59,132 bases of DNA, taken from NCBI GenBank assembly GCA_943329105.2, contig CALQCP020000001.1, positions 1 to 59,132 of the forward strand, given 5' to 3'. Under the pieces are notes generated by a model. The model worked only from the letters and a program-made list of their open reading frames with translations, searched no databases and had not been told where the DNA came from. This DNA comes from Chitinophaga pinensis. Its GTDB lineage: Bacteria; Planctomycetota; Phycisphaerae; Phycisphaerales; SM1A02. Within the stretch, counting starts at the first letter, position 1, and every line of letters starts with the position of its first letter. Shown piece by piece: positions 27,302 through 35,424 of this stretch. Both the position numbers and the translations under genes were made by a program.

Positions 27302-29266
27302 GTGAGCGAAACTAGCACTGAAGAACTCCCCGATGACGCGCCGTGGTGGCGCCGCAACCGTGAACTCCTTGAACCGGCGGTGGCGGCAACCGCCCTGCTC
27401 GCCGGGTGGTTGCTACAGCGAAATGAAGTGCCACCTGCCGCGTGGGGGACGCTCTTTGCCATCAGTTACCTCGTGGCCGGCTGGTCGGCGTTCGCAGAAG
27501 GTTTACGCGAACTTCGACGCGGGCATCTTGATGTGGACTTCCTCATGGCGGTGGCCGCCTTGGGTGCAGCCGCGATCGGTGAGTACGCCGAGGGCGCCAT
27601 GCTCTTGGTGCTCTTCTCACTCGGACACGGGCTGGAGCACTACGCCATGGGTCAGGCGCGCAAGGCCATACGTTCGCTCGGAAGACTCACACCGAAGACC
27701 GCATGGGTACGCAGAGGCAATGAATTCACTGAGGTAGCTGTAGCAAGCGTTGCGCTTGGAGATCTGGTGCGCGTTCGCCCCGCAGAACGTGTAGCGATGG
27801 ATGGAACGGTTGCTGCCGGTGCAAGCAGTATTGACCAAAGCCCAATTACTGGCGAGAGTATTCCCGTTGAAAAGGGCACCGGCGACGATGTCTTCGCTGG
27901 CACGCTCAACGGCGATGGCCTGCTGGAAGTGAAAGTCACCCGCATTGCTGCCGATTCCACGGTGACTCGCATGATCCGCATGGTGGAAGAAGCGCAAGGG
28001 CAGAAGTCCACCACGCAGCGCTATGCAGAGCGATTTACGCGCGTGTACGTTCCGGCCGTGATTGGTTCAACGGTGGTGATGGCCATTCTGCCGCCCGTCG
28101 TTGGATGGCTTCCATGGAGCGATGCGTTTCTGCGCGCGATGACGCTCTTAGTTGGAGCCTCGCCTTGCGCACTGGCCATCAGCACTCCAGCTGCTGTGCT
28201 CGCTGGCGTCGCCCGCGCAGCGCGACATGGCATATTGATCAAGGGTGGCGCGCATTTGGAATCGTTAGGCGCCATCAATTGCTTTGCGATGGACAAGACC
28301 GGAACGCTGACGGTTGGACGGCCCGCACTTCGGCGCGTGATCACCTTTGCAGAAGCTGACGAAGCACGCGTCCTGCGTACCGCTGCGGCCATTGAAGATC
28401 ATTCGACGCATCCACTCGCCAGCGCGATTGTTGGCGCGGCGCGATCGCGCGGTATCACCTTTGCAGCGGCCACCGAAGCACAAGCGATCCGCGGCAAGGG
28501 CATGACTGGCATGGTGGATGGTGAGCGCGTTCATCTGGGCGCGCTCCGACTCTTTACTGGCGACGAGGCCGGACGTGACACCAGTGCCCCACCGCGAGCC
28601 ACCGCTGAAGCCTCGTCCGCGATTGCATCACTGGAGGCGGAAGCGTGCACAGTGATGTTGGTTGCCGCAGATGGAAAGTTCCTTGGGGCGATCGGGTTGA
28701 TTGATGGCCCTCGCCCAGAAGCTGCCGAGGCAATCGCTGAACTTCACGCACTTGGAGTCAAGCCGGTCGTCATGCTGACTGGCGACAACGAAGCCGTTGC
28801 CCAGGCAGTGGCTCGCTTGGTGGGCATTGATGAAGTACGCGCGGCACTCATGCCAGAGAATAAAATTGACGCAGTGCGCGAACTGCAATCGCGTTACGGC
28901 GCACTTGCCATGGTGGGCGATGGTGTGAATGATGCACCGGCACTGGCGGCCGCTACCGTGGGGATTGCCATGGGGAAATCGGGCACCGATGTTGCGCTCG
29001 AAGCTGCTGACATTGCACTGATGTCTGACGATCTCATGCGCCTGCCGTTTGCTGTTGGAATCAGCCGCGCTTCGCGATCCATTGTGCGCCAGAACGTCTT
29101 CATCTCTATGGGAATGGTCTTTACATTGATCCCCTTAGCAATCCTAGGAATCATTCCTATCTGGCTTGCCGTCATCATGCACGAAGGATCGACCGTGTCG
29201 GTTGTGCTGAACAGTCTGCGCCTCTTGGGCTACAAGCTGCCGCCGCGACCAACCGCTACTCCGTAA
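27302..29266 (+). CDS. Heavy-metal P1B-type ATPase, P1B-4-like (SPC / HEGST signature, no N-terminal metal-binding domain)
   Basis: GTG start. ITGESIPVEK, SPC in the TM helix (LLVGASPCALAIS), DKTGTLT, GDGVNDAPALAAA, HEGSTVSVVLNSLRLL. No CxxC HMA domain at the N-terminus. Confidence 0.9.
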   Translation: MSETSTEELPDDAPWWRRNRELLEPAVAATALLAGWLLQRNEVPPAAWGTLFAISYLVAGWSAFAEGLRELRRGHLDVDFLMAVAALGAAAIGEYAEGAMLLVLFSLGHGLEHYAMGQARKAIRSLGRLTPKTAWVRRGNEFTEVAVASVALGDLVRVRPAERVAMDGTVAAGASSIDQSPITGESIPVEKGTGDDVFAGTLNGDGLLEVKVTRIAADSTVTRMIRMVEEAQGQKSTTQRYAERFTRVYVPAVIGSTVVMAILPPVVGWLPWSDAFLRAMTLLVGASPCALAISTPAAVLAGVARAARHGILIKGGAHLESLGAINCFAMDKTGTLTVGRPALRRVITFAEADEARVLRTAAAIEDHSTHPLASAIVGAARSRGITFAAATEAQAIRGKGMTGMVDGERVHLGALRLFTGDEAGRDTSAPPRATAEASSAIASLEAEACTVMLVAADGKFLGAIGLIDGPRPEAAEAIAELHALGVKPVVMLTGDNEAVAQAVARLVGIDEVRAALMPENKIDAVRELQSRYGALAMVGDGVNDAPALAAATVGIAMGKSGTDVALEAADIALMSDDLMRLPFAVGISRASRSIVRQNVFISMGMVFTLIPLAILGIIPIWLAVIMHEGSTVSVVLNSLRLLGYKLPPRPTATP

Positions 29267-31470
29267 CGCGGATCCCGGTATCCGGTCGCGCGGCTCAAGT
29301 ATCCGCTTGAGTAGTCATTGGCATACTGGTACCACCACGCCATACTTCCGCGCGGCGCGGTCGGACCACTGGATGCTGCTGCTGCCGCGCGCGTGCGCTC
29401 ATCTTGCGCGCGCCGGTTGGCATCGCGCACGTCACGCAGGCGCGCTTCCTCGGCGCGTTCGGCACGGCGGGCTTCGTCTGCGCTTGAACGCGCCGCTGCT
29501 TGGCGCGCACGCCATTCTGCTTCTTGCGAATCAATGCGACGCTGATCCGCGGCACCCTGCTGCCGGGCTGCGTCGGACTGTTCGCGAGCGTTGCGCTCGG
29601 CGGTTGCAGCATTATCACGAGCGAGCTGCGCAGCCGTTCGAGCGTTGGCCCACTGATTCCAGTACGGATTCCAATGGCGCCACCAGGATCGCCAGTCGGA
29701 CCACCAGGCGGGATTGCGCCAGCCCCAGCCGCATGCGCTGGTCCAACCTGGGCACCAACCCCAGCCGATCCATCCGCCCACCAAGACATCCGGGTCAAGC
29801 GCAGGCTGCGTGTCTTGATCAGCGTCCGCAGTGGGTGGCGCAAACGTGCCGGTGTTCATATCGAACGTCAAGGGAAGATCAAAGGTCTGCGGCTGCGGCA
29901 TCCAACTGTTGTCAGCAAGCGCTACGCCTGGTTGGTCGTAACCATTGCCATAGACCACGGTGCCGTCATCGACAAACGTGCCTAAGTATGCGGGTACATA
30001 CGAGAACGTCACGCTGTCAGTGGTCGACCCCACAATGTCAACGGCGGTGGCTGCATAGAGAGGTGAAGATGCTTGGATCTGCGAAAGAGCATCGGGTAGA
30101 TCATCACACAGTTGCCACGGTCCCTGCGAGGCGGCCGCGCTAAACCACACGGCGTTGTCGCAGCAGTAGAAGTACCGATCACATTCGATCACTGGCTGCG
30201 AGGCGTTCACCGAACCGCGCAGCAGCGTGCCCGCAATGCCCTGCCAGAGCGGAGTGCCGCGCCATGTGACGCTGCAACGCGCTGCGGCACGGACGATCTG
30301 CACGGTACGAGCCTCCTGCGCCGCTGCGACCGCTGCTACTGACTCCGGTGTCTGCGGGACACTCGCCTTTGCATGATCAAACACACGGCCGCCCGGCAGC
30401 GCACGAAACGCGGCTGGAACAGCCGCAGGCGCAACGCGGGTCCACGCACCGTCAAGTGTGGGCGTAGAGAACCAGCGCCCAGATGCCAACGTCCACCATG
30501 CCACGGGGTCCGCGGTGCGCAGCAGTAGCGCGCGCGAGTTCGCCACCCACTGCACGCCGGGCGCAACTTCAGCGAGAAGTGGTTCGCCATTTATGGCAAT
30601 CAATACTGTTGGCTCGGTGACCACGATGACTGCCGGAAGTGCGGGAGGCGTGGCACCCGGCGCAGGCGCGTCTGGCGCGGGACCGGCCACTCCAGCGGGC
30701 GGCATCGGCGCAGTTCCGATGGCAGTGATGACCGCCGCGGGCGGTGCAGCAACGGCACTGTAGCCCTGCGCAAACTGCATGCTTCCCATCCAGTGGCCAT
30801 CACCCAGTCGAACCACAAACGATCCGTCCTGCGCTTGCAGCACAAGAAACGGTGTATTGATCACCTGTCGCCAGTTGGTGTCCGCCAAGTCTTTAAACTG
30901 CGGATCACCGTCAATGGTGATGAGCATGGCGCGCTGCCGCTCCACGCGAAAGTTTGGAACAAAGTCACCAAGGCCAGGCGTACCCGAAGCTCGCGAATTC
31001 TCAATCTGCATGTCGTGTACTAGCGCGCGCCGAGTGATGCAAAAAGCGCGGTTCGCGATCGCCTGTTGGATGGCATCAATATCGTCCTGCGCCGCACCAA
31101 CCCCGGCAAATGCCAGCGAATCCACTTGAAATGCCGCAATCTCCAGTTCACCATCGTCAGCCGCTGACGCCGCCTGTGCTGACACCGTCATCACGCCCAT
31201 ATCCGCAGGCGAAACACTGGCTGCGCCGTTACGCATACGCGTCACGGCATGGGTCAGACCAACCATGTCGCCACCGTACGAGTTGAATTGGGGGGCGTAA
31301 ACAACAAAGCTACGGTCCCCAGCACTCACGGTTTGCGGCCATGATGACTCCGCAGCTGCTGGCAAACAAAAGCACGCACCACATGCAATGGCGGTCAACC
31401 GAACAAGCATCCGCAGTACAGTCAGCGATGTCAGCGATGTCAGCGATATCCGCGATGTCCGCAATGTCAT
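29230..31470 (-). CDS. Secreted 746 aa protein of unknown function with Trp-cluster and Arg/Ala/Glu-rich C-terminal module
   Basis: ATGA overlap with the upstream lipoprotein gene. Signal peptide LVRLTAIACGACFCLPAAA. Long uninterrupted ORF. Cys-containing motif VIECDRYFYCCDNAVWF. I recognise no catalytic motif. Confidence 0.7.
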   Translation of the reverse strand: MTLRTSRISLTSLTSLTVLRMLVRLTAIACGACFCLPAAAESSWPQTVSAGDRSFVVYAPQFNSYGGDMVGLTHAVTRMRNGAASVSPADMGVMTVSAQAASAADDGELEIAAFQVDSLAFAGVGAAQDDIDAIQQAIANRAFCITRRALVHDMQIENSRASGTPGLGDFVPNFRVERQRAMLITIDGDPQFKDLADTNWRQVINTPFLVLQAQDGSFVVRLGDGHWMGSMQFAQGYSAVAAPPAAVITAIGTAPMPPAGVAGPAPDAPAPGATPPALPAVIVVTEPTVLIAINGEPLLAEVAPGVQWVANSRALLLRTADPVAWWTLASGRWFSTPTLDGAWTRVAPAAVPAAFRALPGGRVFDHAKASVPQTPESVAAVAAAQEARTVQIVRAAARCSVTWRGTPLWQGIAGTLLRGSVNASQPVIECDRYFYCCDNAVWFSAAASQGPWQLCDDLPDALSQIQASSPLYAATAVDIVGSTTDSVTFSYVPAYLGTFVDDGTVVYGNGYDQPGVALADNSWMPQPQTFDLPLTFDMNTGTFAPPTADADQDTQPALDPDVLVGGWIGWGWCPGWTSACGWGWRNPAWWSDWRSWWRHWNPYWNQWANARTAAQLARDNAATAERNAREQSDAARQQGAADQRRIDSQEAEWRARQAAARSSADEARRAERAEEARLRDVRDANRRAQDERTRAAAAASSGPTAPRGSMAWWYQYANDYSSGYLSRATGYRDPRYGVAVGRGGSL
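31421..31465 (-). repeat. Five tandem 9-bp units (3 perfect, 2 degenerate) inside the 5' end of the 746 aa gene
   Basis: On the + strand: gtcagcgat gtcagcgat gtcagcgat atccgcgat gtccgcaat. Encodes ISLTSLTSLT in the n-region of the signal peptide. Confidence 0.85.
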
Positions 31471-31886
31471 GGCTGCACCACCGCCTGACTAGAATTTGCG
31501 CCCTTGACCCGCTCAAAGGATGTCACCAGCAACTTGGACCGGCCGGCGCAGGTATCACGAACCAACTCAACGTCCATCGTCATACTGCCGATGCGCACCT
31601 TGTACTGACCAATGTCATCCGCACACATGGGCGACTCGCGGCGCGTTTGCATAACGAGGTTCCCTCCCTCCGGGTCAAACGTAAAGGACCCCATCACCGG
31701 ACGCGGCTGCTCCTTGATGGCGATCGAATACAACCCACTCCGCGAAAAAGTAATCGTCGTTCCGTTTGCTGCTGCGCGCCACTCGCCCACGACTGCTGCA
31801 TCTGGCTCCTCAACATTTGGCCTACCCAAGCAACCAACAAGCATGAGGGCGGAGATGACGATAAGTGCTGGCTTCGCGTGGAACAT
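31467..31886 (-). CDS. Small lipoprotein, unknown function
   Basis: The internal Met of ORF 31467-32270 gives MFHAKPALIVISALMLVGC (classical lipobox). Its stop overlaps the start of the 746 aa gene (ATGA). Confidence 0.65.
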   Translation of the reverse strand: MFHAKPALIVISALMLVGCLGRPNVEEPDAAVVGEWRAAANGTTITFSRSGLYSIAIKEQPRPVMGSFTFDPEGGNLVMQTRRESPMCADDIGQYKVRIGSMTMDVELVRDTCAGRSKLLVTSFERVKGANSSQAVVQP

Positions 31887-31962
31887 CACCGCACGGTAGC
31901 GGAAAATTCCAGTGCAAATCACCCGCCCCGCCAACCCCCGCCCGTGAATCTCCGCTGCCGAA

Positions 31963-32661
31963 TTAGGCCCTCGGCCGCGGCATCCATCGATCCCGATCGG
32001 CAAGGGAACGCGGATTGAACGGTCCGCGAAGGCCAGCGCTGCGCACCGATTCCTCCGGCTCATGCCCGCGCTGCTGTCGATCAAACAACTGCTTCCCCAT
32101 GCCGTACTCATCCAGGTCCATGGGGTGAAGGCAATCAATGAATTCCGAAGCCTCGGACTCTGGTGGCAAGCACCGGGTCGGCTCATCAAGAATGCGGTAA
32201 TAGAGCCGTGCATATAGATCACGGTCACAGAGGTGATCGCTGTTGAGAATGAATACCCCAGAAGCCGCAAGCGCCTCTACCACGGTCCACAGCTCATCAT
32301 GCAAGTCATCGTCGGCTGCAAGATCTTGCGGCGGGACCGGCACAATATGATGCTCCAGCAACATGGCGCGCCCAGTAGTACTCGGCGCCATTTCCATGTC
32401 GTAGACAAGCGTCCAGTAGAAGCGATCGGTGTCACCACCAGCATCGCGAGCAGTAGCCACCAATTCATCAATACGCGCACTTCGTTCGGAAGTCTGCGCC
32501 TGACGTAGCGCAGTCGCTTCCCGCGCCAACTGCGCTAGTCGCGCCTGATCAAGGCCACCCCGCAGCGCGCGTCGGCGATGCACACGGCGTTTAGAACCCG
32601 CCACACTCCGTTGCTCCTGCGCACCAGACACACTTGCCGATCCATCAGCTCCATAACACAT
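31963..32661 (-). CDS. Cytoplasmic protein of unknown function (232 aa)
   Basis: ATG 32661 is preceded by GAGGAGGTGG. No signal peptide or TM segment. Acidic, with an Arg-rich N-terminal segment. No recognisable motif. Confidence 0.55.
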   Translation of the reverse strand: MCYGADGSASVSGAQEQRSVAGSKRRVHRRRALRGGLDQARLAQLAREATALRQAQTSERSARIDELVATARDAGGDTDRFYWTLVYDMEMAPSTTGRAMLLEHHIVPVPPQDLAADDDLHDELWTVVEALAASGVFILNSDHLCDRDLYARLYYRILDEPTRCLPPESEASEFIDCLHPMDLDEYGMGKQLFDRQQRGHEPEESVRSAGLRGPFNPRSLADRDRWMPRPRA

Positions 32662-32778
32662 GATTCCACCTCCTCGGTTGAAGATCCTTGCACGCGCAAA
32701 GTACGCAGCACTTTGATCACAACCGGAAATGGCGGCGGAATTTCTGCGCACATTGCATATTCAGTCGCCGCACCGGCT

Positions 32779-35415
32779 TCAATGCGCGTGAATTCGGAGT
32801 GTTGGCGCCTCGCCGGAACCGCCCCGTACCTTCAGCACCATGTTTAGGCGCTCGCCAGGCAGCAGGGACACCAAATTTGGTGAACACTCCGTCCAGTCAC
32901 ACTCCGGCTCAATCCACAGGTCACGCACCAATGTCTGTGCGTGCACCTGAATCCACAGGTCACTCACTGATCGCCCCGTAGTAACTGCAAATTCCGGCTT
33001 GGTTTCCGGCTGATTGCGGTCCGCGGCAAACCACCACCACGCGCGCATGCGGTCGCGATCGGCAAGCGGAATCTCTTCGCCGATTGCATCGTCCTGACTG
33101 GGCACATCAACCACAATTCCCTCGGCGCGCGCCTCGTCCGGCGCACCCACCAGGTCTTGCACCTCTAGTGACATATCAACCGAACGTGGCGGAACCACGA
33201 TGCGCTCTTGCGCCTGCGCGATGATCTTTCCATGAACATCAACGCGACGCACAATGACATGCGCATTCCAGCGAGACACGGTGTCATTCACCAACACCAC
33301 CCGCAGCGCGCGCGCACCGGATGCATCCGCAACACCAACTGGCTGAATGGTGACTAACTTTGGGGCCGCTGCTCGACGCACCGCGTGGTACGCCGGCTTG
33401 GGGCGCATCTTGCCATCAATGATGCTCCAACTATGGCCAGTCCACACATCGTTGAGTTGCCAGAAGAGACTCCCGGATGATCGTTCCGGATGTGCCCGCA
33501 GCCAAGTGATCGCCGTCTCCATCGCCCTCGCTTGCAACAACTGCGCCTGCCAATGCCACTCGGAGAAGTCACGCGCTGGGCGAAACGCCGCCTCCATATA
33601 GGTTGCGTACTGCGGCCCATCGCCGCCCGTGGCGCGTTGCCGCAATGCCAACGCGGGCGAGCCAATCACCAACGCCGCGTCGCCCAGCGCCTCACGCAAT
33701 GACTGCATGTTGGCGGGACCCTGATGACCAAACTCACTAGTAAATCGGGGAACAATCGATCGATAGCCGTCTAACTTCAAGTCCCAGGTGTGCCGATCGC
33801 CGTGGTCCGGATCATTGGCATGCACATCAAGCGAACCACTCCACGGGCTGTCCACCCAGTACGGGCGCGTTGGATCCAACTCCGCGCAGATGCGCGGCAG
33901 TAATGTTGCCCAATATCCAATTCCCCACGACTGCTCCGGAGCCAAGCGCTCGCGGAATCCCCACGACTGCCACGCCAACACATCTTCATTTCCACCGCAC
34001 CACAGCACGATGCTCGGGTGCGATGCAAGCCGCTCCACTTGCTGCTGCGCCTCACGCTCAACCGACGCCATCATGGGTGCGTCTTCTGGATACGTTGCAC
34101 ATGCAAACATGAAGTCCTGCCACACCAACATGCCGATTTCATCGCAATGCTCATAGAAGCAGTCATGCTCATAGATTCCGCCGCCCCACACCCGCAACAT
34201 ATTGAGGTTGGCTGCTGCTGCAAGATCAATCAGTCGTTCAACGGTTCGGCCATCACGCGTAGCACTCGGGAACAACGCTGCGGGAATCCAATTGGCGCCA
34301 GTCACGGGCACCGCCACCCCGTTCACACGAAACATGAACTGCGAGCCATATTCGTCCGCCGCGGTATCCAACTCACAGGTCCGCAGGCCGATCTTCCGAA
34401 CGATGCGTTCCTTCGCACCCCGCACTGGCCACACCGCTTCGGAACCGGGGCCTGGCACCAATTCCACATGCAACGCATGCAGCGGCTGCCGACCAATTCC
34501 GCGCGGCCACCAACGATCCGGCCGCTCCACGTCAATGATTGCAATTCCCGTGCCGTCCGCATGCACTGGCACATAGACCACAATCTTTGATGGAAGCTTG
34601 GAACGCTTCTCTTTGCGATCGTCCTCTATCGGCGCCGATGAACGGGGCGGCATGCGCAATTCACAGCGCGCCATCACCTTGAGCGGTGCAACGTCTGCAG
34701 CATCGACATGCGCGGACGGATCGTCGATCGCTGCCGCCGATCGTTCCACGCGGACGTGTACTTCCACGGTCGCACGCGCGCCATCACAATGCGTTACCAA
34801 TGGTCGCACCGCAGCAAGCCGCACTCCGCTCCAGCACTCCAACTGAACGCTTCCAGGTATGCCCGATGTCGGAGCGCGCGGCCCCCAGTCCCAGCCAAAG
34901 TTGCACGCACTCTTTCGCATGAATGGATACGGAGTCCAGTCGCCATTCACCGGGCGCGCACCAAGCAATCGCTCTTGCGCACCAACCCAATCAACAGGCG
35001 CTCGAATGGCCACGGTGATTTCATTGACCCCAACACGAAGCGCCCGCTTCGTATCAAATCGGTGCTGCACAAATTGATTCGCGGCAGTTCCAACTTCAAT
35101 TCCATTGACGGTGACACAGGCGATGGTGTCAATCGACGCAAAGACCAATTCGCAGCAATCCTCTGCGAGCAACTCCGCACTCACTTCGATCGTCCCGCGC
35201 CACAGCCAATCTGCGTAACCAACCCATACCTGCTGAGCCTCGCCATCACCTTCATCAACCGGAACAAGCACGCCGGCTCGGATGAGGTCATAGTGCACAC
35301 ACCCCGGCACTTCCGACGCAAACCGCATGCCAATCACGCCCGCAGGCACTGCTGCACCGCTACACGCGGTGCATTCCACGGTCCAAGCTTCGGCTATCGG
35401 TAACACGCTGATCAT
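32779..35415 (-). CDS. GH2 beta-mannosidase, no signal peptide
   Basis: CNFGWDWGP motif, acid/base region WCGGNE, nucleophile region FTSEFG. Approximately 880 aa, typical of bacterial beta-mannosidases. Confidence 0.8.
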   Translation of the reverse strand: MISVLPIAEAWTVECTACSGAAVPAGVIGMRFASEVPGCVHYDLIRAGVLVPVDEGDGEAQQVWVGYADWLWRGTIEVSAELLAEDCCELVFASIDTIACVTVNGIEVGTAANQFVQHRFDTKRALRVGVNEITVAIRAPVDWVGAQERLLGARPVNGDWTPYPFMRKSACNFGWDWGPRAPTSGIPGSVQLECWSGVRLAAVRPLVTHCDGARATVEVHVRVERSAAAIDDPSAHVDAADVAPLKVMARCELRMPPRSSAPIEDDRKEKRSKLPSKIVVYVPVHADGTGIAIIDVERPDRWWPRGIGRQPLHALHVELVPGPGSEAVWPVRGAKERIVRKIGLRTCELDTAADEYGSQFMFRVNGVAVPVTGANWIPAALFPSATRDGRTVERLIDLAAAANLNMLRVWGGGIYEHDCFYEHCDEIGMLVWQDFMFACATYPEDAPMMASVEREAQQQVERLASHPSIVLWCGGNEDVLAWQSWGFRERLAPEQSWGIGYWATLLPRICAELDPTRPYWVDSPWSGSLDVHANDPDHGDRHTWDLKLDGYRSIVPRFTSEFGHQGPANMQSLREALGDAALVIGSPALALRQRATGGDGPQYATYMEAAFRPARDFSEWHWQAQLLQARAMETAITWLRAHPERSSGSLFWQLNDVWTGHSWSIIDGKMRPKPAYHAVRRAAAPKLVTIQPVGVADASGARALRVVLVNDTVSRWNAHVIVRRVDVHGKIIAQAQERIVVPPRSVDMSLEVQDLVGAPDEARAEGIVVDVPSQDDAIGEEIPLADRDRMRAWWWFAADRNQPETKPEFAVTTGRSVSDLWIQVHAQTLVRDLWIEPECDWTECSPNLVSLLPGERLNMVLKVRGGSGEAPTLRIHAH

Positions 35416-35424
35416 GGCAGGACG

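Noticed and set aside
31421-31465. Possible CRISPR or minisatellite
   Set aside because: The units are only 9 bp, contiguous without spacers, and in-frame inside a coding region. This is a coding tandem repeat, not a CRISPR array.
31887-32270. N-terminal 128 aa extension of ORF 31467-32270
   Set aside because: The extension overlaps the separately supported 31963-32661 gene in another frame and has no SD. The internal Met at 31886 yields a textbook lipoprotein signal peptide.
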